This document shows, piece by piece, positions 39,021-50,022 of a stretch of DNA of 64,000 nucleotides. Position numbers and translations under genes: made by a program. The stretch is taken from NCBI RefSeq assembly GCF_006345805.1, contig NC_042997.1:188170001-188234000 (forward strand). The letters run 5' to 3'. A model generated the notes under the pieces. The model worked only from the letters and a program-made list of their open reading frames with translations, was not told the DNA's origin and searched no databases. Origin of the DNA: Octopus sinensis. Lineage: Eukaryota. The first letter of the stretch is position 1, and each line of letters starts with the position of its first letter.

Positions 39021-39353
39021 CCTGCTCTGGACTGGTATTTCATTTATCAATCTCAAAAGAGAGGAAGTGAAGTAGACTTTAGCAGGATTTCAACTAAGAA
39101 TCCAAAGAGTCAAATTAAATACTACAAGGTATCTTATCTGACACTACAATGTTTTCCAATTCAAGGTCCATTCTTCTTGTTTGCTTATATCAGATATATA
39201 GTCAAAGCACTGACTGCCTACTGAATCATTGTCCACTCTCAGTGGTTAAATCTCTTACCAAGATGAACTAAAATCATTCTACCTGGGGTCAAGTGCATCT
39301 ATCTAACAGAGAAGGAGGGAGGGAGAAAGAGAGAGATAGAGATAGAAATAGAG

Positions 39354-39396
<43 letters not shown>

Positions 39397-40324
39397 AGAA
39401 GAAGATTATCTTCATTATCATCATCATTTTACATCTACATTCCACGGTGGTACCAGTATGGACTACCTGGCCTTATTTGCAATTACCATCCTCCTACTCA
39501 TTTTGGAGGGCCATACATTGTTCATACATCTAATTTTTGGCATGGTTTCTATACTTTAATGACTTTCCTAATGTCAACAACTTTATAGAGTGTACTCAAT
39601 GCATTTTGTCATGGCAGCAGCACGAGTGAGTTTGACTTTATGCCCTGCAAATATAATGAGTCCTCACTACCACAAAATATTTCTGTTTGCTTATAGCAGC
39701 ATGACCAAGTGAGAAAGTAGTGACAATAAACCAGGGTGAATGGATGAGAGGAGCAAGAGTATGAGAGATGTTGAGTGATTGGAGTGTGAGAATGACAGAT
39801 GAGGTAACAGAAAAGTGACAGTGCTGAAAGGAATAAGGATGTAAGAAAAACAGTAACAGCAGCTTTATGCTTTCTGGTGCAAGCAAAAGACATCTACTGA
39901 TGGCTATAATAGAGTGTGATACTAAGAGAGAAAGATGGATGTCAATGACAAATGGCCTAGGGGAGAGGAGGTGAGCACAGAAGGGTATATCATATTATTA
40001 GAAATCCCTTCCGTAGATGTCTCGATGGAAGAGAAAGGTTGAGGGAATAGGATGGTGGTAGAATATGCATTGGTCCCTTCTTACATGAGTGGCATGGTGC
40101 AGTGAGAGGATAGAATGTGAGTGCTAGAGAGATGAAACAGGAGGACATATCCAATGACAATCCTAGTTACACAGGTGGCAACAAGATGCTATAAAAAGGA
40201 CAGAAAGTGATTTGAAACAGCAATGAGTGATAAAAAGATGATAAGGTGAATGTTAGAAAAATGAAAGGGTCAAGAAGATATGAACAACAGATTTAGGCTT
40301 AACAGTAACACATTAGACAAGAAA

Positions 40325-40375
<51 letters not shown>

Positions 40376-40543
40376 CTATTAGAGAAAAGAGACAGGCTTG
40401 GAAGGTCTGGAAAAATGGGGGTAGCAGGGAATTGTATCAGACTGCCAAAAGAGAAGCTAGGAGACAGGTTTATTTAGCCAGAGGGGAAGCAGATAAGAAA
40501 AAAATTTGCCAATGTTCTGCGCCGTGAGGACCAAAGACTGGAG

Positions 40544-42409
40544 GTGTTTCGTGTTGCAAGACAGTGTGTGAGAGAGAATCGTGATGTGGTAGGAGAGAAG
40601 TGTGTTCGCATGGAAGATGGTTCACTTGCGCTAAATGAGGATGCGAAGAGAGAGGTTTGGAGATGCCACTATGAAAGGTTGCTGAATGAAGAAAATGAAT
40701 GGGATAAAGAGAGTCTGCCGAATGTTGACCCAACAGAGGGACCAGCTATCCGAGTTGATAGTTCTGTGGTAGCTAAGGCAATTAGAAGCATGAAGACAGG
40801 GAAAGCCCCAGGCCCATCAGGAATCACTGCAGAGATGCTCAAAATGTCTGGTAGTGTCGGCTATAGCCTAGTCACCCATATAGTTAATCAGGTGATACAC
40901 AAAGGGGTCATACCCAATGACTGGTGTAGCAGTATAATAGTCAACTGCTACAAAGGTAAAGGTGATGCCCTAGATACAAATAACTACAGAGGTATCAAGC
41001 TGTTGGACCAGGTGATGAAGGTTACGGAGAGGGTCATAGCCCAACTAATTAGAGAGAGAGTTAGTTTAGATGAGATGCAGTTTGGGTTTGTGCCAGGGAA
41101 AAGTACTACTGATGCTATATTCCTGGTAAGGCAGCTGCAGGAGAAATACCTAGCCAAAGATAAGCCCCTGTACCTGGCTTTTGTTGACATGGAGAAAGCC
41201 TTCGACAGGGTCCCCCGATCCCTTATCTGGTGGGCAATGAGAAAACTAGGGATAGATGAATGGTTAGTGAGAGCTGTGCGGGCCATGTATAGGGACGCCG
41301 CTAGTGGGGTGAGGGTTGGAAATGAGTACAGTGAAGAATTCCGGGTAGAGGTAGGGGTCCACCAAGGCTCAGTACTCAGCCCCCTCCTATTTATCATAGT
41401 CCTCCAGGCAATAACGGAGGAATTCAAGACAGGATGCCCTTGGGAGCTCCTCTATGCTGATGACCTTGCTCTAATTGCTGAGTCGCTATCAGAACTGGAG
41501 GAGAAGTTTCAGGTGTGGAAACAAGGATTAGAATCGAAGGGCCTCAGAGTCAATCTAGCTAAAACCAAAGTCGTAATCAGTAGGAAGGTAGACAAATCAC
41601 AAACACCTTCAGGTAGATGGCCCTGCTCGATCTGTAGAAAAGGTGTAGGTAGAAACTCTATAAGATGCACCAAGTGTAAGCTATGGACACATAAGAGATG
41701 CAGCAATGTCAAAGGAAGGCTAACTAGGAAGATGGTTTTTGTATGTGGCAGATGCTCAGGAACAATAAACACTGAAAATGCTCTGAGACCAACTTCCGTC
41801 ACTTTCCAGGGAGAAAAACTAGAAATAGTTGATAGTTTCTGTTACCTAGGTGACCAAGTCAGCAGCGGGGGCGGGTGTGCTGAAAGTGTAACTGCTAGAG
41901 TAAGAATAGCTTGGGCAAAGTTCAGAGAGCTCTTACCTCTGCTGGTGACAAAAGGCCTCTCGCACAGAGTGAAAGGCAGACTGTATGATGCGTGTGTACG
42001 AACAGCCATGCTACATGGCAGTGAAACATGGGCCGTGACTGCTGAGGATATGCGTAAGCTCGCTAGAAATGAAGCCAGTATGCTCCGATGGATGTGTAAT
42101 GCCGGTACTCACACTCGGCAGAGTGTAAGTACCTTGAGAGAAAAGCTGGACCTAAGAAGCATCAGTTGTGGTGTGCAAGAGAGACGTTTGCGCTGGTATG
42201 GTCATGTGGCGAGAATGGATGAAGATAGTTGTGTGAAAAAGTGCCACACCCTAGCGGTTGAGGGAACCTGTGGAAGAGGCAGACCCAGGAAAACCTGGGA
42301 CGAGGTGGTGAAGCACGACCTTCGAACTTTAGGTCTCACTGAGGAAATGACTAGAGACCGAGACCTCTGGAAGTGTGCTGTGCGCGAGAAGACCCGGCAG
42401 GACAAGTGA
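40544..42409 (+). CDS. Reverse transcriptase ORF of RTE LINE with internal PHD-type zinc finger
   Basis: Uninterrupted 621 codons; GKAPGPSG, NYRGIKLL, QFGFVPGKST, FVDMEKAFDRV, GVHQGSVLSPLLF, YADD, FCYLG, RRLRWYGHV, GRPRKTW; C-x2-C..C-x2-C..H-x2-C..C-x2-C at 41618-41755. Confidence 0.93.
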   Translation: MFRVARQCVRENRDVVGEKCVRMEDGSLALNEDAKREVWRCHYERLLNEENEWDKESLPNVDPTEGPAIRVDSSVVAKAIRSMKTGKAPGPSGITAEMLKMSGSVGYSLVTHIVNQVIHKGVIPNDWCSSIIVNCYKGKGDALDTNNYRGIKLLDQVMKVTERVIAQLIRERVSLDEMQFGFVPGKSTTDAIFLVRQLQEKYLAKDKPLYLAFVDMEKAFDRVPRSLIWWAMRKLGIDEWLVRAVRAMYRDAASGVRVGNEYSEEFRVEVGVHQGSVLSPLLFIIVLQAITEEFKTGCPWELLYADDLALIAESLSELEEKFQVWKQGLESKGLRVNLAKTKVVISRKVDKSQTPSGRWPCSICRKGVGRNSIRCTKCKLWTHKRCSNVKGRLTRKMVFVCGRCSGTINTENALRPTSVTFQGEKLEIVDSFCYLGDQVSSGGGCAESVTARVRIAWAKFRELLPLLVTKGLSHRVKGRLYDACVRTAMLHGSETWAVTAEDMRKLARNEASMLRWMCNAGTHTRQSVSTLREKLDLRSISCGVQERRLRWYGHVARMDEDSCVKKCHTLAVEGTCGRGRPRKTWDEVVKHDLRTLGLTEEMTRDRDLWKCAVREKTRQDK

Positions 42410-42484
42410 GTCCACAACCCGTGGCCTTCTACATGGGATGGAGCCAGCCTACGTATGCATACCTTCCCTTCTTGGGACACAAAA

Positions 42485-42678
42485 CTCTACTTGTGAAGAC
42501 GTGTTGAGGCAAGTGAGGATCAGAATCGAAATCGATCAATGGAAATTGCGGATGTGCTACCAGTGCCGGTGGCATGTCGAAACTCTGCTTGTGAAGACCC
42601 ATTGAGGCAAGTGAGGATCAGAATCGAAATCGATCAATGGAAATTGCAGATGTGTTACCAGTGCCGGTGGCATGTAAG
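42485..42678 (+). repeat. ~98-bp tandem duplication in LINE 3' UTR
   Basis: CTTGTGAAGAC..TTGAGGCAAGTGAGGATCAGAATCGAAATCGATCAATGGAAATTGC..CCAGTGCCGGTGGCATGT occurs twice. Confidence 0.92.
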
Positions 42679-43150
42679 AGAACTTTCCGTTTCGCGACCG
42701 TTGCCAGCACCGCCCCGTTTCGTGTCCGTTGCCAGCCTCGCCTGGCCCTCGTGCCGGTGGCACATAAAAAGCACCATCCGTTCGTGGCCGTTTGCCAGCT
42801 CTGTCTGGCACCAGTGCGGGTGGCACGTAAAAAGCACCCACTACACTCACGGAGTGGTTGGCGTTAGGAAGGGCATCCAGCCGTAGAAACACTGCCAGAT
42901 TTGACTGGGCCTGATGAAGCCTTCTGGCTTCACAGACCCCAGTAGAACCGTCCAACCCATGCTAGCATGGAAAACGGACGCTAAATGATGATGATGATGA
43001 TATATTAGAAGGTTTGGAGATGTTGTACAGGTATTATATATTAAAAGAAATGAGGTATGCAGAAATCTGGATGGTTTTATATTTACAGATATTTATTAGT
43101 ATGTTACATGTTTTTATAAATCATATATCATTTATTAGCATTTTCGTCCA

Positions 43151-43277
43151 CTCTAGTGGAGTTTTCAAATTGAACTTTTGCAGGAATTTTGTCTCTTTTT
43201 ATAGTATTACACACTCAATAATATTATAAAAAGAGACAAAATTCCTGCAAAAGTTCATTTTGACAACTCCACTAGAG
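43151..43277. repeat. Near-perfect hairpin, 58-bp arms, 11-nt loop
   Basis: 43151-43208 vs 43220-43277 differ at 3 of 58 positions. Confidence 0.93.
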
Positions 43278-43708
43278 TTGAAATTGTTGTGCTATCTTGT
43301 TAACAACTGATGAGGGATTTAACATATTTGTATATGTTGTGTTTGCATTTTTCCTGAAAAATTCTTTGCCATCCCCTTTCATTACCTGTGTGTTTGTGTG
43401 TGTGCCCACGCACACACATACAGACACTACATACCTGCATGTGTGAATGTGCTTTCTCTTTGTGCTACTTTTTTATGAATTATTAGTCAAGAATGGGTGG
43501 AGTGATTGATATAAGTGCGCAAAATTGCTACAGCATACTGCCCTTCTGTGTGTATGTATGTATCTACTTATGTATGTTTGTATTCAAGTATGTTTGTGTA
43601 TATGTATGATACACCACATTCAAATACACACACATGAAATTTTAGCAACATCTGTTCATTGAAATGTATTGTTGTTAAGATTGCTGTTACAGGGTGATAT
43701 GACATCAG

Positions 43709-44270
43709 AGTATGGGATATTCCATCATCAGAGACAAATAGGGGAAAAAGAAATATGGAAAATGAGAATGGTATATATCAATAAGATGACAACATAGAGG
43801 AAGGGAGTAAAAGAAAGAAGAAAAAGGAAGCACCAAAGTTCATAATTCAACTTTCCAAAGTTATAGAAACCAGAGCATGAATCCTTAGGTGCAATCCTGC
43901 ATAGATTCCTGAGCGTAAGTTGAACGTTGATATGTATGTGTCTTTTTTTGGGGATGTCTACTATATCAGGACTTTAACCCACATGGATATACGCAGGATT
44001 GCACCTAAAGACTTACATTCATGAATCTACGCAGGATTGCACCAAAGGATTCACGCTCTGGTTTCTATAACTTTGGAAAGTTGAACTATGAACTTTGGTG
44101 CTTCTTATTCCTTCTCTCTTTCCATCTCCTTATTCTTTAACTCTCTTCCTCTATGTTGCCATCTTATTGATATATACCATTCTCATTTTCCATATTTCTT
44201 TTTCCCCTATTTGTCTCTGATGATGGAATATCCCATACTTGGGGATATCCCAGAAACAGCTGTAAGATTT
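43709..44270. mobile_element. Inverted pair of Penelope-type terminal repeats (~200-bp arms)
   Basis: 43709-43911 is the reverse complement of ~44020-44239; right arm continues into a complete hammerhead motif. Confidence 0.8.
44213..44268 (+). ncRNA. Minimal type-I hammerhead ribozyme (Penelope-associated, dimer type)
   Basis: GUCU-CUGAUGA-[UGGAAUAUCCC/GGGAUAUCCCA]-GAAA-CAGCUG-UA-AGAU; palindromic ACAGCUGU in stem III; stem I GUCU/AGAU. Confidence 0.75.
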
Positions 44271-44463
44271 TGAATTTCTTCCTACAATAATATTGTATAT
44301 GACTTGGAATATTTGCCTTGCCTTAATGTTTGATGTCCTGCTTAACAATTATATATCCGCTGAATCGGAAATCTGCAATGGCTTCATAACTACTGTCTTG
44401 GCTATAACCTTGGAGCCCCAGTAATTCATTACAGCACTTGTGAACTAAACCCCATACTTTGTA

Positions 44464-44504
<41 letters not shown>

Positions 44505-45249
44505 GTAGCTTACAATAATTTTCTATTTAACTAAGGTATTCAAATGCCGGCCTCCAAGAGAAATTTTGCCAGGCAGTACAAAACAAGTTTGGGGCCTCAG
44601 GCTGTAGATAGATACTCTTAGTGTTATCATATGTTTATACATCTAGGCCTACAATAATTAATAACAAATACTAATAAAAAGAAGTGTAGTGTGATAAGTA
44701 TAATGATGCTTGTGTATGTGAATGTTAATGCATGTCAGGCTGGGGGTTGTAGAAAGTGCTTGTTTTCAAGGGGGGGGGATGTTGCATGGTTGCTGCAGAG
44801 CCCTACTTAGTAGTTGGGCTTTGGAACAAAGTACCAGCTGAACCCCACCTTGCCAGAGGCTCTGTCAAATGTATTCACTTTTTAAAACGAGACTGAATCA
44901 TACTGTTAACACAGTACTGGCTTATAAGCCTTTAATAAATTTGGTAGTATATCATGGCTGTGTAATGAAATATGGTGTTCCTACCAGCAATTAAAAATTT
45001 CATGAAATATCATCCAAAATGAATGAAATTTTGTCTCACTATTTTGTTGGCTTTGTTAAGCTAATATCACAGCTTTTACTTGATTAGATATGGATTTGAT
45101 TTATTTATTTATAAATGACAGAACTGATCTATGTTTATCCAATCTTTGTTCAATACTTTTTTCAGCCCTATATATATGCAATTTTTTGCAATCCAGCACA
45201 CAATCTTCTCTCATGATCTTTCTGTGAATTTTTTATTGGATTGAGATTG

Positions 45250-45480
45250 GGGTTTTAAACAACTCATTTCAAATATTTGATTCTGTGAGTTCTTTTCCAA
45301 GCTTGTGATATGTTGCTTGAATAACTTGGGCCTCTAATACACCATTTTCAAATTTGACAGTATTTTGAGCCATTTAAATAATTTTTAACAAATGTAAGCT
45401 CTGGTCTGCCTATTGCCCAAATTACCCCTCATACACTATGAACACCAGTTCCACCGTGTTTCAGTTTTGTTGCACCATGC
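45250..45480 (-). mobile_element. Tc1-like transposase remnant
   Basis: KLKHGGTGVHSV*GVIWAIGRPELTFVKNYLNGSKYCQI resembles Tc1 KHGGGSVMVWG..L.FI.G.MN..KY..IL. Confidence 0.55.
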
Positions 45481-45631
45481 ATGTATTTGCTTTGAATTGG
45501 AAAATTAACAGAATTTGTATTCATTTCAAAGAGTAAAACTCTTTATCCCAGTTGAACCTGTTGATTTTATTAGCTTTTGAAATTATTGGCTTTTTTCTTG
45601 TAATTCTTCATTCAGATCCAGGGTCTTTCAA

Positions 45632-46016
45632 TAGTAATGGCTGTGTTGTAAGTAGCTTGATTACAAACCACATGGTTCCAGGTTCAGTCCCACTGTGTGG
45701 CACCTTCGGCAAGTGTCTTCTAGTATAGCATGGGCTGACCAAAGCCTTGTGAGTGGATTTGGTAGATGGAAACTGAAAGAAGCCCATCGTATATGTGTAT
45801 ATATATATATATATGTGTGTATATGTTTGTCCCCACCACCACCATCGCTTGACAACCAATGCTGGTGTGTTTATGTCCCCGGAACTTAGTGGTTCAGCAA
45901 AAGAGATTGATAGAATAAGTACTAGGCTTACAAAGAATAAGTCCTGGGGTCGATTTGCTCGAGTAAAGGTGGTGTTCCAGCATGGCCACAATCAAATGAC
46001 TGAAACAAGTAAAGAG
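45632..46016 (+). mobile_element. SINE family A
   Basis: Family sequence. Confidence 0.9.
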
Positions 46017-46334
46017 ATCTACAGAATTTGCAACCTCTCTAAGAGTTGCAAGTCAATGTTTAATAACTTATCTCTTAACTATCCTCTTTACCCTCTCAGA
46101 AACTTCTTGCTGTGCCCAGATCTCTTCTGCATTTAACCATGTCCTTCTTCAATCAACCTCTTTGTTTGATGATTAAAAAAATTGAACTATTTCTCAGTTG
46201 AACTTTCCATACTGATACCAGCCAATGACTTGTCTGCATGTAAATTGATTGATATTTTTTTTCTAAATGATTTTCATTTTTTATTTTTCAAATTAAAGTT
46301 ATAATTAATCCCAAACCCTCAATTACATTCATAT

Positions 46335-47240
46335 TCAGTGTGTGAGGTATTTGAGGACATATTTAGAAATTCAACAAAACAACTCTAATCTAGCAAAAAA
46401 CCAAAACTACTTTAATAAAAATTTGTGCACTTGTTCTCAATAAGCTTTCTTAGAAGATTATTTGATGGATCCACCTTCAGCTTCAATGAAAGGCCAGAGT
46501 TGTTGACAGTTGTTCAATGAGAGGCCAGAATTGTTATTAATAGTCCTTATTCATTTCAGATATCATCTGGATAATGACAGTCATCAGGGAAGCTCTGGTA
46601 TTGTGAGGCGGCGAGCTGACAGAATCGTTAGCAGGCCGGACAGAATGCTTAGCAGTATTTCGTCTGCCGCTACGTTCTGAGTTCAAATTCCACCGAGGTC
46701 GACTTTGCTTTTCATCCTTTCGGGGTCGATTAAATAAGTACCAGTTACGCACTGGAGTCGATATAATCGACTTAATCCGTTTGTCTGTCCTTGTTTGTCC
46801 CCTCTGTGTTTAGCCCCTTGTGGGCAGTAAAGAAATAGGTATTGTGTGAGTGTCCATTGATCTCCTTTTCAATAATGTTCTAAATGTACAGGATTTAAAT
46901 CTGGTGAGTTTGGAGGCCAAAACTTTAGTGTTACACGATCATAAAGATTGTCTGATATCCATTCTTAGATTTCATGGGCTTTGTGAGAAGGTACTGAGTC
47001 TTGTAGAAACACATATGGCTTTCCCTGTGTACTTCATCTATCTAAGGCTTAACAACTATCTCCAAAACTTCAAGTTATTCATTAACATTCATTCTAAGAC
47101 CCTGTGTAATGATATGAGGTGGCATGACATGACCTTCATAATACACCACACCTAAAACCATCACAACTGTTGGAAACTTAATGTAAAATTCATCAGTCCT
47201 CGTTCACCCAGGATGACATCGTGGTCCTTGGTCTAACAAA
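46335..47240 (-). mobile_element. Tc1/mariner-superfamily transposase remnant split by a family C SINE
   Basis: EGHVMPPHIITQGLRMN..QDSVPSHKA..EWISDNL..FWPPNSPDLNP on minus strand. Confidence 0.8.
46607..46837 (+). mobile_element. SINE family C with GGTATTGTG direct repeat on both sides
   Basis: Family sequence; GGTATTGTG at ~46598 and ~46838. Confidence 0.92.
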
Positions 47241-48199
47241 AACATACATGTGTGTGTGTGTGAGAGACAGAGAGAAAGAGAAAGAGAGAGAGGGAAAGAG
47301 AGAAAGAAACCTTTTTTTAATCTCACATTCCAATAACAACACAAGTCATATCTTAATTAATAGACTTGTTCTAAATTATTTGATATAAAATTTCCCTTCT
47401 GATTTATTGGACACCATTTTTCTTAACAGTACAGCAGCATACTGTCACATGGAGATGAATATCCATTGAGATTATTCACACAAACTTTGAAAGCTCATTA
47501 CCCAATATAGCTTGTTCTCTTTATTCTGTCTATAAATCAGGTTTTCACTAAATTAAACATCAAGATCCACTAGGAATGAATCCACTTTCATCTGCTAGAA
47601 AGATCAGACATCATCTAACCCATGCACCCAGCAGATATCTGATACAAATATATTTGCCTTGTACCGTATTATATGGTGTTTAATGAAGGGGAAAAAACCC
47701 CTTAACTCTTCTGCCACAGTACAATGCCTCATGTAAGTAGGTGTAAACTCTAGGTAAGAGCTTAGCTGAACACACAGCAGCTGTTACTCTTGTTTTTCAA
47801 GCAAAAAAAAACCTTTCCACTATTTACAGTTGTCATCATTGAAGCATATGACGACAATATAAACAGCATTTACATTCAGCAAGCCACATGTTATGGTAGA
47901 TAATATAACTCTGTTTCATAAATGAACGTGAATATATTTAATTACTTGAGGCTTCTTTTTCAAACAATGCAATTCACTTGACATTAAGTGTCACAGCAGT
48001 TTCTCTTTCCTTTTCATGTTTCTTCCTTTCTTTCTGAAGAGAGAAGAGGGGGGACAAAAAAAGAAAGAAGAAAGGTAGGGGAGAAATAATGATATCAATC
48101 AACAAGGAGATATTTTTCGCCCCTCATACTTCTTATGAAACAATTCAATAGAAAAAAAAATGCATTTTTTAAAAATTATTTTGGTGGTTATTTTTGTAC

Positions 48200-48900
48200 A
48201 ATTGTCACCAGCAGTGGGAGGGAAAAGTAAACAGCAACGTTTAATGTTTACACAGAGATGTTTTATTAAGTTTGTCCTTTAACGGCCATGAACTAAATAT
48301 ATTTATTTATTGTATGATTCAACTGTTTAGTGCTTATTGGTCTGTTTGACTTTTCGTACCTTTGAAAGAAGGACAATACAAACAGAAAACTATATCAAAG
48401 TCATGAAAATAAACTGTAAAGGCACATTAACTACTCAAATACACATACATATTTAAATGGATATAAATTTATTTATTCATTTCAAGGGTTTATAACACGG
48501 TTTAATAGTTTATATTGCTTTAATATACTCATAAATGGAATAGTAATAATTTTATTGTCGCATATTTCCTACATCGTTTACGCTATGTTACAAAAGTAGG
48601 GATTTGCCCGTAGTCTTTATGTTTTATTTTTAAGCCATTGACAAATGTAGGGAAACAGTTAAATATAAATGGAAGGAGTCTCATTTTTGAGTGATGTAAA
48701 GGTAATTATGACAGAGCGTAAAGATATGTTGAGAATTTACAACGAAGACATTCAAGAAATCGTACAGGAAAGAGAGAGGATTATTACTAATCATAAGAAC
48801 CTGAAGATAAACACAATTTGAAATTAAATTTAAATATTTGTGAATAGTTCTTTAAGATTTTCTGCAAGAAGCATAAATTTACTTTTAAAATTTACAGATT
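48200..48900. promoter_or_regulatory. CpG-retaining, repeat-free region, putative (possibly bidirectional) promoter
   Basis: About a dozen CGs in unique sequence; candidate donors AAG|GTACGA (minus, 48360) and AAG|GTAATT (plus, 48701). Confidence 0.3.
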
Positions 48901-49172
48901 TTCTACGCCAAGTGCCTCCTAACTAACAAAATAGCAATGATTTATAATTGGTTAAAAACTTGCTCTAAGGTGTGTATGTGTGTGTGATCGAAGACTTGAT
49001 TAAAATAGTTTTATAAGTTTTCTATTTTGTGTTGGCAACATACACAAGAAATGCTTGATGATATAAAACATTGATTATATTCTAAAATTTAACCACTTTC
49101 TACTGATTGATGCAATCAGTTTAATGATTATTGAACAGAATAATCATACGTAGGTGTGTGTGTGTGTATGTG

Positions 49173-49557
49173 TACTCTCTTTTACTTGTTTCAGTCATTT
49201 GACTGTGGCCATGCTGGAGCACCGCCTTCAGTCGAGCAAATCAACCCCAGGACTTATTCTTTGTAAGCCTAGTACTTATTCTATCGGTCTCTTTGGCTGA
49301 ACCGTTAAGTTACAGGGACGTCAACACACCAGCATTGGTTGTCAAGCGATGTTGGGGGACAAACACAGACACACACACACACACATATATATACGACGGG
49401 CATCTTTCAGTTTCCGTCTACCAAATCCACTCACAAGGCTTTGGTCTGCCCAAGGCTAAAGTAGAAGACACTTGCCCAAGGTGCCACGCAGTGGGACTGA
49501 ACCCGGAACCATGTGGTTGGTAAGCAAGCTACTTACCACACAGTCACTCCTACGCCT
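49173..49557 (-). mobile_element. SINE family A
   Basis: Family sequence. Confidence 0.92.
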
Positions 49558-49789
49558 ATGTGTGTATGTATTGTTACATACATAATACCAGATTTGTATC
49601 GTCTTTGACCACAAGTTCCTAAATTTCTTGTGCTTCATTCCAAAGCAATCACACAGATAAACTTTCCAAAAATTATTTGGTTTTTGATCAGTTCTTATAT
49701 TGTGCCTCTCCTGCTACTACCTACTTTGTTCTTCACAATGGACTGGCTCTAATATAACTCTTGAACCCTTTTGATGCCAATCTACTTGA

Positions 49790-50022
49790 AAGGCGGCGAG
49801 CTGGCAGAATCCTTAGCATGTCAGGCAAAATGCTTAGTGGCATTTCGTCTGCTGTTACGTTCTGAGTTCAAATTCCACCGAGGTCGATTTTGCCTTTCAT
49901 CTTTTCGGGGTCGATAAATTAAGTACCAGTTACGCACTAGGTTCCACGTAATCGACTTAATCCGTTTGTCTGTTCTTGTTCGTCCCCTCTATGTTTAGCC
50001 CCTTGTGGGTAGTAAAGAAATA
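49790..50022 (+). mobile_element. SINE family C with ~16-bp imperfect TSD
   Basis: ATGCCAATCTACTTGA before and ATACCAATCTGCTTGA after. Confidence 0.9.

Larger units (their letters stand above)
40373..43001 (+). mobile_element. Young 5'-truncated RTE-clade non-LTR retrotransposon
   Basis: Begins right after (TA)n at RAIREKRQAWK; one extra A in the run at ~40497-40503 shifts the frame; long 3' UTR ending (GAT)n; no endonuclease domain present. Confidence 0.96.

Noticed and set aside
40984-41802. Antisense ORFs of 147 and 97 aa
   Set aside because: Shadow frames of the RT ORF
42908-42935. CTGATGAAGCCTTCTGGCTTC hairpin in the LINE tail as a hammerhead
   Set aside because: No GAAA after the stem; other tail copies read CTGGTGCAGCC
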